DNA from: Acidimicrobiia bacterium
GTDB taxonomy: Bacteria > Actinomycetota > Acidimicrobiia > Spongiisociales > Spongiisociaceae
Assembly (NCBI GenBank): GCA_052032125.1
Contig: JBPEXB010000573.1
Span: 1 to 41,432, forward strand
Reading direction: 5' to 3'
Length of the DNA: 41,432 nucleotides
Positions within the stretch are counted from its first letter, which is position 1. Each line of letters opens with the position of its first letter. Of this stretch, positions 1-8,023 are shown piece after piece. The notes beneath the pieces were generated by a model, which searched no databases, was not told the DNA's origin, and worked only from the letters and a program-made list of their open reading frames with translations. Made by a program: the position numbers and the translations under genes.

Positions 1-5
1 TCCCC

Positions 6-458
6 ATGCCTGTGATCGTGATCGGGGCCGACACGCCCGCCGGGGATGCCATCGTCGATGCGCTCCTCCCCGAGGCCGTCGAGGTCCGCGTGTTCATCTC
101 CGACGAGGACCGCACCACCGAGTTCAAAGAGCGCGGCACCAAGGTCGCCACTGGCGACGTCTCCGATGCCTCGCACGTCGAGGGTGCCGCCATGAGGTGC
201 TTCTGTGCGGTGATGGTGGTCGACGCCGCCGAAGACGACCGCACCCGCTCGTTCGCCAACGACCCCGAGACGACGCTCGCCGGGTGGGCGAACGCCGTAC
301 GCGCCTCCGGCGTCACCCGCGTGATCTGGGTCGGGCCTCCCGATCGGCTCGCCGACCTCCCGTCCTCGGTTCCCGAGGTGGCCCACGTGCCGCTCGAGGG
401 CGACCTGGAGACGGTCGCGCGGCAGGTCAGCCGCCTCGAAGAGGCCGCCTCGATCTAG
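6..458 (+). CDS. small NAD(P)-binding Rossmann-type (NmrA/SDR-like) domain protein
   Basis: 150-aa ORF. The N-terminus 'VIVIGADTPAGDAIV' is a glycine-rich dinucleotide-binding loop. Its TAG stop (456-458) overlaps the glnD stop on the opposite strand within CTAG. Confidence 0.55.
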   Translation: MPVIVIGADTPAGDAIVDALLPEAVEVRVFISDEDRTTEFKERGTKVATGDVSDASHVEGAAMRCFCAVMVVDAAEDDRTRSFANDPETTLAGWANAVRASGVTRVIWVGPPDRLADLPSSVPEVAHVPLEGDLETVARQVSRLEEAASI

Positions 459-2812
459 GTCGCCACGAGATCGGCAGCGGCGAACGCCTCGAGTGACGAC
501 CTCGTCCTCTGCTCGTCGAACGATGCCGTCGCCCGGCAGTAGAACACGTCGGCGGCCACGCTGCCGCGGGTGTCGATCTTCGCCAGCAGCACGTCGAGCC
601 CGGCCTCGGCCAGCACCGCGGCGATGTCGTGGAGCACGCCGAGCCGATCCTGCACTCGGACCTCGACCACCCACTCGCCGTCGGCCGATCCAGGGCGAAG
701 GGTGGCGCGTCGCTCGAAGGTCTCACCGCCGTTCCTGGAGCGATAACTCTCGTCCTTGGCCACCGTGGCTGCCGCCACATCCAGCTCACCCATCACGGCA
801 CGGCGCAGCGATGTCTCGACGAGCGTCCAGCGCTCCGCATCGATGGAGTCGCGGTTCAGCGCATCGGCCACCGTGAAGAGATCGATCGCCACGCCATCCG
901 ACCGGGTCATCAGCCGGGCCTCCAGCACCGATACGAGGTTGACGGCCAGGACGCCGGACACCATCGCCAGCAGGCCCGGCCGGTCGCGACTCAGGACGGC
1001 CACCGACACCGGCGCCGTCTCATCGTCCACGAGGAGGCGAACCTCCTCGTCACCGAGAGCGTCGGCCTCGCGGGCGTGACGCACGGCGGCATCGGGATCG
1101 ACCGCCATGACGTAGGAGTCGGGCATCTCTGCGAGGTGACGGGCAACGTCGCGGTGCTCGGGACCGGCGGCGGCGAGCACCTCGGCCACGCGCTCGTCGT
1201 GGAGCGGCCGAGTGCTCGATGCCCGGTCGAGGTGCTCGGAGAGCCGGGCGAAGAGGGTCCGGACGAGCGTGGCCCGCCATGGGGACCAGGCGGCGGGGCC
1301 GGTGGCCCGAGCGTCGGCGACCGTGACCAGATAGAGCATCCGCAGCACCTCGATGTCGCCGATCACAGCCGCAACCTCCGCCAGCACTCCCGGGTCGTCG
1401 ATGTCTCGCTTGGTGGCGACCTCGGGGAGCAGCAGGTGATGGCGCACGACGGACTCGATCGCCCGGCTCTCGGCGCCGCCCAGCCTCAGCCGTCCAGCGA
1501 AGCTGCGGGCCAGCTCCGCTCCACGCTCCGAGTGATCGCCGCCGAGGCCCTTGCCGGCATCGTGGAAGAACCCGGCCAGCAGCACAGCGTCGATGTCGCC
1601 GAGCTGGCGAGCCACCTCGACCGTCCACATCTCGTCGGCGCCGGGACTGGTGATGGCCCGCACCTCGTGGACGGTTCGCCACAGGTGGTCGTCGAGGCAG
1701 TGCTCGTGCAGCGGCCCGAGCTGCGCCCGCGCACCGACGTGGCGCAACTCCGGGACCGCCGCATCGAACCACGGCCTCCGGCGGACTTGTTCGAACAACG
1801 CCCTCCCCGTCTCGCCGCCGTCGATGATCCGGAGCCAGGCCCGCCGATCGGCGTCGGACCACGCCACTGGCGGGGCGGCATCGGCGGCAGCCAGCTGTCC
1901 GGGCGCCAGGAACGAGCGGCCCTCGAGCACCGCCTCTGCCACCACGGCCAACCCGGACGGTGCGGGCCCCATTGGCTTCGACCGTGCCGATCGGCGGGGT
2001 CTCCTCGCCTCGGCCACGAGCAGCTCGCTCATGGCCCGGTCGATCGCCCGCCGCGCCTCGACCACCTCGCTCACGACCGTCGCCGGTTCCCTCTCCAGCC
2101 AACGTCCGATGGCCCCGAGCGATCCCTGGGCCAGCGCGTCGGAGGCGCCCCCGGTGGCCTGCAACGCGGTCCTGACCCAGAGCAGCGTGTCGACCAGACG
2201 CTCGTCGAGCGAGCCGGGCGCAGCTCCATCGGCCAGCCGTTCCAGCCATCCGATCCGTTGTGCGGTGCGGAGCGCTCCCCTCCCGCGCTTCAGGTCTCCG
2301 AACTGGAGGAAGAACGGCTCGGCCCGACGCACCAAGTGCTCCTCGCCGAGCAGCTCCGCCCGCAGCGCCCGTGCCCTCCTTCGCAGAGCTTTGCGGAGCG
2401 CTGCGTCCGCCGCCTCGACCAACGGCGTCGGCCCGGCGACGACCCGCCAATCGAGCAGGGCACACGCGGTCTCCACGATGGACACGGCCTGGCCGACCTC
2501 GTCGGGGGTTCGCACCGCATGGCCGATCTGCTCCCCGGTGTCCCACAGGCGACGGAGGAACTGCTTGATGGCCTCGTCGTCCGAGCCATCGTGGACCAGC
2601 ATCACGTCGATGTCGGACGACGGGCACAGCTGTCGGCGGCCGTAGCCGCCGACCGCGAACACGGCGACCCGATCGACCAGCGGGCCCGCCATCTCGAGCA
2701 GCGACTCGTCGAGCGCAGCGGAGAGGCGATGCCAGGGGGGCGGCCGGTCATCGGCCGGCCGCCCCTCCTGGATCGCCATCCGCTCCTCACGAAAGGACTT
2801 CAGATCGGTCAT
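455..2812 (-). CDS. glnD: [protein-PII] uridylyl-/adenylyl-transferase GlnD
   Basis: 785 aa. N-terminal nucleotidyltransferase motif ('GGYGRRQLCPSSDIDV'), central HD domain ('HDAGKG...'), and two C-terminal ACT-like repeats. Lies directly downstream of glnK, with a 9-nt gap. Confidence 0.9.
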   Translation of the reverse strand: MTDLKSFREERMAIQEGRPADDRPPPWHRLSAALDESLLEMAGPLVDRVAVFAVGGYGRRQLCPSSDIDVMLVHDGSDDEAIKQFLRRLWDTGEQIGHAVRTPDEVGQAVSIVETACALLDWRVVAGPTPLVEAADAALRKALRRRARALRAELLGEEHLVRRAEPFFLQFGDLKRGRGALRTAQRIGWLERLADGAAPGSLDERLVDTLLWVRTALQATGGASDALAQGSLGAIGRWLEREPATVVSEVVEARRAIDRAMSELLVAEARRPRRSARSKPMGPAPSGLAVVAEAVLEGRSFLAPGQLAAADAAPPVAWSDADRRAWLRIIDGGETGRALFEQVRRRPWFDAAVPELRHVGARAQLGPLHEHCLDDHLWRTVHEVRAITSPGADEMWTVEVARQLGDIDAVLLAGFFHDAGKGLGGDHSERGAELARSFAGRLRLGGAESRAIESVVRHHLLLPEVATKRDIDDPGVLAEVAAVIGDIEVLRMLYLVTVADARATGPAAWSPWRATLVRTLFARLSEHLDRASSTRPLHDERVAEVLAAAGPEHRDVARHLAEMPDSYVMAVDPDAAVRHAREADALGDEEVRLLVDDETAPVSVAVLSRDRPGLLAMVSGVLAVNLVSVLEARLMTRSDGVAIDLFTVADALNRDSIDAERWTLVETSLRRAVMGELDVAAATVAKDESYRSRNGGETFERRATLRPGSADGEWVVEVRVQDRLGVLHDIAAVLAEAGLDVLLAKIDTRGSVAADVFYCRATASFDEQRTRSSLEAFAAADLVAT

Positions 2813-2821
2813 CGGGCAGTC

Positions 2822-3160
2822 CTAGAGGGCGTCGGCGTCCCGCTCCCCCGTGCGGATCCGGACGACCTCGTCGATCGAGATCAAGGCGATCTTCCCATCA
2901 CCGATCTCTCCGGTGTGAGCTGCCTGGCGGACCGCCTCCACGGCCGCAGGTGCTTGCTCGTCGGTCAGCAGCGACTCCAGGCGCAGCTTCGGCACGAAGT
3001 CGACCTCGTACTCGGCGCCGCGGTAGATCTCGGTCTGCCCGGATTGCCGTCCGAAGCCGGAGATGTCGGACACGGACAGCCCGTTCACGCCGGCTGCCTT
3101 CAGCGCACTCTTGACGTCGTCCAGCTTGAACGGCTTGATGTAGGCGATCATCAGCTTCAT
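2822..3160 (-). CDS. glnK: nitrogen regulatory protein P-II (GlnK type)
   Basis: 112 aa, 'MKLMIAYIKPFKLDDVKSAL...GFGRQSGQTEIYRGAEYEVDF'. The T-loop has Tyr51 conserved. The internal ATG at 3160 was chosen because the long ORF 2822..3994 is an upstream extension overlapping amtB. Confidence 0.95.
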   Translation of the reverse strand: MKLMIAYIKPFKLDDVKSALKAAGVNGLSVSDISGFGRQSGQTEIYRGAEYEVDFVPKLRLESLLTDEQAPAAVEAVRQAAHTGEIGDGKIALISIDEVVRIRTGERDADAL

Positions 3161-3171
3161 CACTCGCTCCT

Positions 3172-4362
3172 TCAGTTGGCGTCCGTGAGGACGTAGCCGC
3201 GCTCCTCGTGGAGCGAGATGTCCAGGCCCGAGATCTCGTCGTCGGCCTCCGCTCGCAGCCCGATCGTGCGGTCGACGAGCTTGGCGATGAGGTAGGTGGC
3301 GACGAACGAGAACGCCATCACCGCCACCACACCCACGAACTGGTACCACAGCAGCGGACCGTTGCCGTAGAGCAGCCCGTCGACACCGCCGACCGCCTCC
3401 TCGGCCAGCACGCCGAGCAACAGCGACCCGACGATGCCCCCGACGAGATGCACCCCGACGACGTCGAGCGAGTCGTCCCAGCCGAACCGGAACTTCAGGC
3501 TGACGGCCTTGTAGCAGACGTACCCGGCCACGAGGCCGAAGGCGAAGGCGCCGATCGGGCCCACGAAGCCCGCCGCCGGGGTGATCGCCACCAGCCCGGC
3601 GACCGCGCCTGACGCGGCGCCGAGCGTCGTCGGGGCTCCGCTCTTGCGCCATTCGGCAACCACCCAGGCGAGGGCGCCGGTGGCCGCTCCGATCTGGGTC
3701 GTGATCAGGGCGTTGATGGCCAGGCCGTCGGCCGCCAGGGCCGAGCCGGCGTTGAAACCGAACCACCCGAACCACAGGATGCCGGTCCCCAGCAGGGTCA
3801 GGGGCAAGGAGTGGGGTCGGAAGGCGGTCCGCCCGAAGCCGATCCGGGGACCGAGCACGAGCACCAGCGCCAGCGCGGCGATGCCGGCGTTGATGTGCAC
3901 CACCAGGCCGCCGGCGAAGTCGATGGCCCCGAGGTCGCCGAGCCATCCGGCCCACGCCCAGTGGGCCACGATCGGGTACACGATGAGCGCCCACAGACCC
4001 GTGAACATGACCCAGGCGGAGAACTTCATCCGGCCGGCGACCGCGCCGGAGATCAGCGCCGGGGTGATGATGGCGAACGTCATCTGGAACATGGCGCCGA
4101 GCAGATCCTCACCCACCAGACCGTCGAGGCCCAGGTAGTCGAAGTCGCCGATGAACCCGCCGCCTCCGTCGCCGAACGCCAGCGAGAAACCGACGATCAC
4201 CCAGATCACGGTCACGATCGAGATCGTGAAGAAGTTCATCATCAGCATGTTGAGCACGTTCTTGGCGCGCACCATGCCGCCGTAGAACAGTGCCAGGCCC
4301 GGTGTCATGAACAGCACGAGCGCGCTGCTCACGATCACCCAGGCAATGTCGCCAGCCGACAT
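3172..4362 (-). CDS. amtB: ammonium transporter Amt
   Basis: Multi-TM Amt/MEP sequence ('AWVIVSSALVLFMTPGLALFYGGMVR', 'FAGGLVVHINAG', 'VVGVHLVGGIVG'). The start at 4362 is preceded by GGAAGGAG. The ORF-track start at 4437 adds 25 non-conserved residues. Confidence 0.9.
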   Translation of the reverse strand: MSAGDIAWVIVSSALVLFMTPGLALFYGGMVRAKNVLNMLMMNFFTISIVTVIWVIVGFSLAFGDGGGGFIGDFDYLGLDGLVGEDLLGAMFQMTFAIITPALISGAVAGRMKFSAWVMFTGLWALIVYPIVAHWAWAGWLGDLGAIDFAGGLVVHINAGIAALALVLVLGPRIGFGRTAFRPHSLPLTLLGTGILWFGWFGFNAGSALAADGLAINALITTQIGAATGALAWVVAEWRKSGAPTTLGAASGAVAGLVAITPAAGFVGPIGAFAFGLVAGYVCYKAVSLKFRFGWDDSLDVVGVHLVGGIVGSLLLGVLAEEAVGGVDGLLYGNGPLLWYQFVGVVAVMAFSFVATYLIAKLVDRTIGLRAEADDEISGLDISLHEERGYVLTDAN

Positions 4363-4408
4363 CGTCGGTCTCCTTCCCAACGGAACGGCGGGAGTCTCCG
4401 GCACGCAT

Positions 4409-4467
4409 GTTTCGCGCTGGTTGCTGCCGTGTGACACCGTGTTGCACGCATGTGAACGGCGCGTTGC
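4409..4467. promoter_or_regulatory. candidate GlnR-box array upstream of amtB
   Basis: Read on the amtB strand: GCAAC-n6-TTCAC-n6-GCAAC-n5-GTCAC-n6-GCAAC-n6-GAAAC. That is six nnnAC pentamers phased at 10-11 bp, ending about 47 bp upstream of the amtB ATG. It also contains the direct repeat GCACGCATGT at 4401 and 4444. Confidence 0.4.
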
Positions 4468-4520
4468 GGATCCTCGGGTTCCTTGTGGGTTGGCGCTCCG
4501 TCCGTAGAGTTATCCACAAC

Positions 4521-5381
4521 ATGGGCACCAAGACCTCGGCGTTCGGCGCCGGGAAACGGGAAGGTCACGACTCCTCCGGCTACTACTCGAGGGGTCTGGT
4601 GACGATCGAGGAGACCACCGACAAGGAGGTCTCCCACCCCGACGTGGTCGACGAGGTGTACCTGCACACCGCCGAGGACATGCACGAGCTCCCCGATGCG
4701 TCCGTGGCCCTGATGGTGACGTCGCCGCCGTACCACGTGGGCAAGGACTACGACTCCGACATCACCTTCGAGGAGTACCTCGAGCTGCTCCACCGGGTGT
4801 TCACCGAGACCCACCGGGTGCTCCAGCCGGGCGGGCGAGCGGTGATCAACGTCGCCAACCTGGGCCGCCGCCCCTACATCCCGCTCTCCCACCTCGTCAC
4901 CGCCCAGATGCACGACATCGGCTTCCACATGCGGGGCGAGATCATCTGGCAGAAGGCCAGAGGGGCCTCCGGCAGCTGCGCCTGGGGCTCGTGGCGCTCA
5001 GCCACCAACCCCGTCGTGCGCGACATCCACGAGTACTGCCTGGTCTTCTCCAAGGGCCGGTTCGACCGGGTGACGAGGGGGACGTCGACGATCACCGCCG
5101 AGGAGTTCATGGCGGGGACGTTGTCGATCTGGGAGATGCCGACCGAGTCGGCGACCCGCGCCGGGCACCCCGCACCGTTCCCGATCGACCTGCCGCGTCG
5201 GTTCATCGAGCTCTACACCTTCGAGGAGGACCTGGTGTTGGACCCGTTCCTCGGCTCAGGCACGACCGCGGTGGCGGCCATCCAGACCGGACGGCACTTC
5301 GTCGGCTACGAGATCGAGGCCGAGTACGCAGCGCGGGCCAAGGAACGCATCGACGAGGCCATGGTCGCTCAGCTTCGCTGA
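4521..5381 (+). CDS. site-specific DNA methyltransferase, N4/N6 beta class (SPPY motif)
   Basis: 286 aa. Motif IV 'TSPPYHVGKDY' is near the N-terminus and motif I 'DPFLGSGTTAVAA' is near the C-terminus, which is the beta-class order. ATG at 4521. No nuclease gene on either side. Confidence 0.85.
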   Translation: MGTKTSAFGAGKREGHDSSGYYSRGLVTIEETTDKEVSHPDVVDEVYLHTAEDMHELPDASVALMVTSPPYHVGKDYDSDITFEEYLELLHRVFTETHRVLQPGGRAVINVANLGRRPYIPLSHLVTAQMHDIGFHMRGEIIWQKARGASGSCAWGSWRSATNPVVRDIHEYCLVFSKGRFDRVTRGTSTITAEEFMAGTLSIWEMPTESATRAGHPAPFPIDLPRRFIELYTFEEDLVLDPFLGSGTTAVAAIQTGRHFVGYEIEAEYAARAKERIDEAMVAQLR

Positions 5382-5386
5382 GCGAG

Positions 5387-5420
5387 GTACTGAGTACCGA
5401 GTACTTGGTACTCAGTACTG
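5387..5420. repeat. GTAC heptad array (5 x GTACNNN) forming a 13-bp-stem hairpin
   Basis: GTAC starts at 5387, 5394, 5401, 5408 and 5415, exactly 7 bp apart. GGTACTGAGTACC (5386-5398) pairs with GGTACTCAGTACT (5407-5419). Begins 5 nt after the methyltransferase stop. Confidence 0.85.
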
Positions 5421-5539
5421 CCCGCAGCGGCCCCCCAAATAGGTCGTGCGGCTCATGGCACGTCCAGAACCTGGCAGTAACCTGTCGTCTGGGAGAGGCG
5501 GAACCGCCGTCGGGCTGGGACGACACAGGTCAGGATTGA

Positions 5540-6835
5540 GTGCGCCGCTTCGCATTCTCGATTCCATCCCATGCTGCCCGCGACCCGCTCACCGGGTTGT
5601 TCGACCGCCGCTCGGTCTTCGACGCCCTCGACTCCGACGAGATGCCCGCCATCGGCCTCGGGGCAGCCGTGGTCATCGACCTCGATCGCTTCAGCCACGT
5701 CAACCACTCCCTGGGCTATGGCGCCGGTGACACGGTGCTGCGCACGATCGCACTGCGCCTCATGGCCCGCCTCCGGGTCACCGACCAGGTGGCGCGCCTC
5801 GGATCCGACGAGTTCCTGATCCTCCTGGCCGCCCCGGTCAACGTGCACAGCGCCACCGAGGTGGCCGGCCGCCTGATCGAGTATCTGGCGCTCCCGATCC
5901 GCATCGGTGATCAGGAGGTCGTCGTCACCGCCAGCGCCGGTGTGGCGATGCGCGACGAGCAGGATCGTGACCCCGAAGACCTCGTCCGGCGAGCGGCATC
6001 TGCGGCCAGGACCGCCAAGGCCGGCGGAGCGGGCCGCATGTCGCTGGCATCCGCCGCCGATGCCCTCCCCAGTGCCGCCCGACTCGAGCTGGAGGCCGGC
6101 GTGCGGCGGGCGTTCGAGCACCGCCAGCTCGAAGTCCACTACCAGCCGGAGGTCGATCTGCGGACCCGCCAGGTGCTCGGTGCCGAGGCTCTCGTGCGCT
6201 GGCGTCATCCCGACCATGGGCTGCTGGCCGCCTCCGAGTTCATCGACGTGGTCGAGGACACCGGCCTGGCCAGCCGCTTGGGTACGTGGGTGTTGGGCCA
6301 GGCGTTCGCCCATGCCAACGGCTGGGACCGCACCGGCGGCGATCGCACGATCCGGGTCAACCTGTCCGCCACCCAGCTCATGGACGACACGATCGTGATC
6401 GACGTTCGAGAGGCACTCGCCGACAACGAGATCGAGCCGGACCAGGTCTGCCTCGAGGTCACGGAGTCCCACCTGCTCGACGACCTCGACGAATCGCTGA
6501 TCACGCTGCGCCGGCTCAAGGATCTGGGCGTGCGGCTGGCCGTCGACGACTTCGGGACCGGCTTCAACTCGATGTCCTATCTGAAGACGCTCCCGATCGA
6601 CGTGCTCAAGATCGATCGCAGCTTCGTCGCAGGCGTCGGCATCGACAGCGGCGACACCGCCATCGTCGAGTCGATCATCCGCCTCGGGGCCATGCTGGAC
6701 CTGACCGTGGTCGCCGAGGGCATCGAGCACGAGCACCAGGCCGAGGCGCTGCTGGCCCTCGGGTGTGTCCGCGCCCAGGGATACCACCTCGGCAAGCCGG
6801 TACCCGGCATCGAGCTGCTCGACCGGCTGGGCTGA
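5540..6835 (+). CDS. GGDEF-EAL protein (degenerate GSDEF A-site, intact EAL phosphodiesterase motifs)
   Basis: 431 aa, GTG start preceded by AGGTCAGGA. 'RVTDQVARLGSDEF' retains an RxxD I-site but has GSDEF in place of GGDEF. The EAL domain has 'GAEALVRW', 'LEVTE', 'DDFGTGF', 'KIDRSF', 'VAEGIE' and 'QGYH'. No N-terminal sensor or TM region. Confidence 0.85.
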   Translation: MRRFAFSIPSHAARDPLTGLFDRRSVFDALDSDEMPAIGLGAAVVIDLDRFSHVNHSLGYGAGDTVLRTIALRLMARLRVTDQVARLGSDEFLILLAAPVNVHSATEVAGRLIEYLALPIRIGDQEVVVTASAGVAMRDEQDRDPEDLVRRAASAARTAKAGGAGRMSLASAADALPSAARLELEAGVRRAFEHRQLEVHYQPEVDLRTRQVLGAEALVRWRHPDHGLLAASEFIDVVEDTGLASRLGTWVLGQAFAHANGWDRTGGDRTIRVNLSATQLMDDTIVIDVREALADNEIEPDQVCLEVTESHLLDDLDESLITLRRLKDLGVRLAVDDFGTGFNSMSYLKTLPIDVLKIDRSFVAGVGIDSGDTAIVESIIRLGAMLDLTVVAEGIEHEHQAEALLALGCVRAQGYHLGKPVPGIELLDRLG

Positions 6836-6842
6836 GCCGGCC

Positions 6843-7958
6843 CTATCCGCTGCGGTCGCGCAACACCTTGCCCAGCGCCGCCGGCGCCTCGGGGTCCGTG
6901 GTGGCGTGCGGCGCAGCCCGCAGCCAGCCGTTGCGGTCGGTGAGCACGAACCCGGCGTCCTGCAGCCGGGCGTTGGTCTCGCTCGATGGCTCGTCCGGCA
7001 GCCGGAAGGTGAGGATGCCGCTCCGCTCGTCACCCTCCCACGAGCACAGCACCTCGCCACCCGAGGCTCGCACCTCCTCCTCGACGGCCATCGCTCGATC
7101 GAGCACCGCCGCCTCGACATCGGCCGGATCGGCTTTCCTCAGCGACTCCAGCGACCCTCGCAGGCCCGCCGACGCGTTGATGGGAGGCGATCCCATCAGA
7201 TAGCGGTCAGGAGACGAGAGGATGGGATGGGGATGCGGCTCCTCGAGGCCGAACGGATCGTCCACGCCCAGCCAGCCACTGAGGGTCGGATCCACGCGGT
7301 CGAGCGCCCGGTCCGACATCGCCATGACGGCCACGCCGATGCCGGATCGCAGCCACTTCTGCCCGCCCGCCACGAGCACGTCGGCGTGCGCCATCGGCGA
7401 CTGGAGGGCGCCGAGCGACTGCACCGCATCGACGATCACCAGGGCGTCACCGGTGACCCGGCGCAGGCCCTCGACATCGATCCGGTAGCCGGTCCGGTAG
7501 TCGACGTGGCTGATGGCCACCGCCACCGTTTCGTCGTCGATCGCGTCTGCGAAGACCTCGGGCGTGTACCGGTCGCCGGGCGCCGACACCCACCGGAGCT
7601 CGATGCGACCCTCGTCAGCCGCTCGGATCCACGGGTACTTGTTGGCCGGGAAATCGGTCGCCGGCACGACGACGTTGCCCCTCGGCAGGCCGAAGGCCAT
7701 GGCGAACAGGCCCGCCGAGGTGCTGGACACCAGCGCCACATGCTCGGGATCCGTGCCGATCAGCTCGGCCGTGAGCGCCTTGGTCGCCTCGAACTGCTCG
7801 AGCAGCACCGGCACCAGCTTGCCGCCGGCGCCGGACATCAGCTCGATCGACTGCTCGAGGCGCCGTCGGGCCACTTTCGACATGGTGCCGACCGAGGCGA
7901 AGTCCATGAAGCCGAACGGCTCGTCGTAGTCGTCGAGAAATGCCTGGGGCAGCGCCAT
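6843..7958 (-). CDS. class-V aminotransferase-fold PLP-dependent enzyme
   Basis: 371 aa. Pattern 'DAVQSLG...VAGGQKWL' is an Asp followed by a candidate PLP-binding Lys, as in the cysteine desulfurase / isopenicillin-N epimerase family. Confidence 0.7.
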   Translation of the reverse strand: MALPQAFLDDYDEPFGFMDFASVGTMSKVARRRLEQSIELMSGAGGKLVPVLLEQFEATKALTAELIGTDPEHVALVSSTSAGLFAMAFGLPRGNVVVPATDFPANKYPWIRAADEGRIELRWVSAPGDRYTPEVFADAIDDETVAVAISHVDYRTGYRIDVEGLRRVTGDALVIVDAVQSLGALQSPMAHADVLVAGGQKWLRSGIGVAVMAMSDRALDRVDPTLSGWLGVDDPFGLEEPHPHPILSSPDRYLMGSPPINASAGLRGSLESLRKADPADVEAAVLDRAMAVEEEVRASGGEVLCSWEGDERSGILTFRLPDEPSSETNARLQDAGFVLTDRNGWLRAAPHATTDPEAPAALGKVLRDRSG

Positions 7959-8023
7959 GGGCGGTCAGGATAGGCATGGCCGCGCGGAGCTGACCGGGCA
8001 TCCGACCCCTACCATCCCCGCCC

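Noticed and set aside
629-3196. 855-aa ORF on the plus strand, opposite glnD and glnK
   Set aside because: Its composition is rich in Arg, Gly, Pro and His, with no recognisable motifs. It lies antisense to two clearly conserved genes. This is the typical long shadow ORF of GC-rich DNA.
3172-4437. Longer amtB start at 4437
   Set aside because: The first 25 residues are non-conserved and hydrophilic. The ATG at 4362 has a GGAAGGAG RBS and begins the first TM segment.
5382-5539. c-di-GMP or other known riboswitch upstream of the GGDEF-EAL gene
   Set aside because: I could not recognise conserved riboswitch core sequences by eye. Only generic hairpins are visible. An Infernal/Rfam scan is needed before any such call.
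4363-6835. Possible restriction-modification or other defence system around the methyltransferase
   Set aside because: No nuclease, specificity, helicase or ATPase gene is adjacent. The neighbours are amtB and a c-di-GMP enzyme. It is therefore reported only as an orphan methyltransferase.
5453-7120. 555-aa minus-strand ORF covering the GGDEF-EAL gene
   Set aside because: It is antisense to a gene with complete GGDEF and EAL motifs, and it is low-complexity and Arg/Gly-rich. Treated as a shadow ORF.
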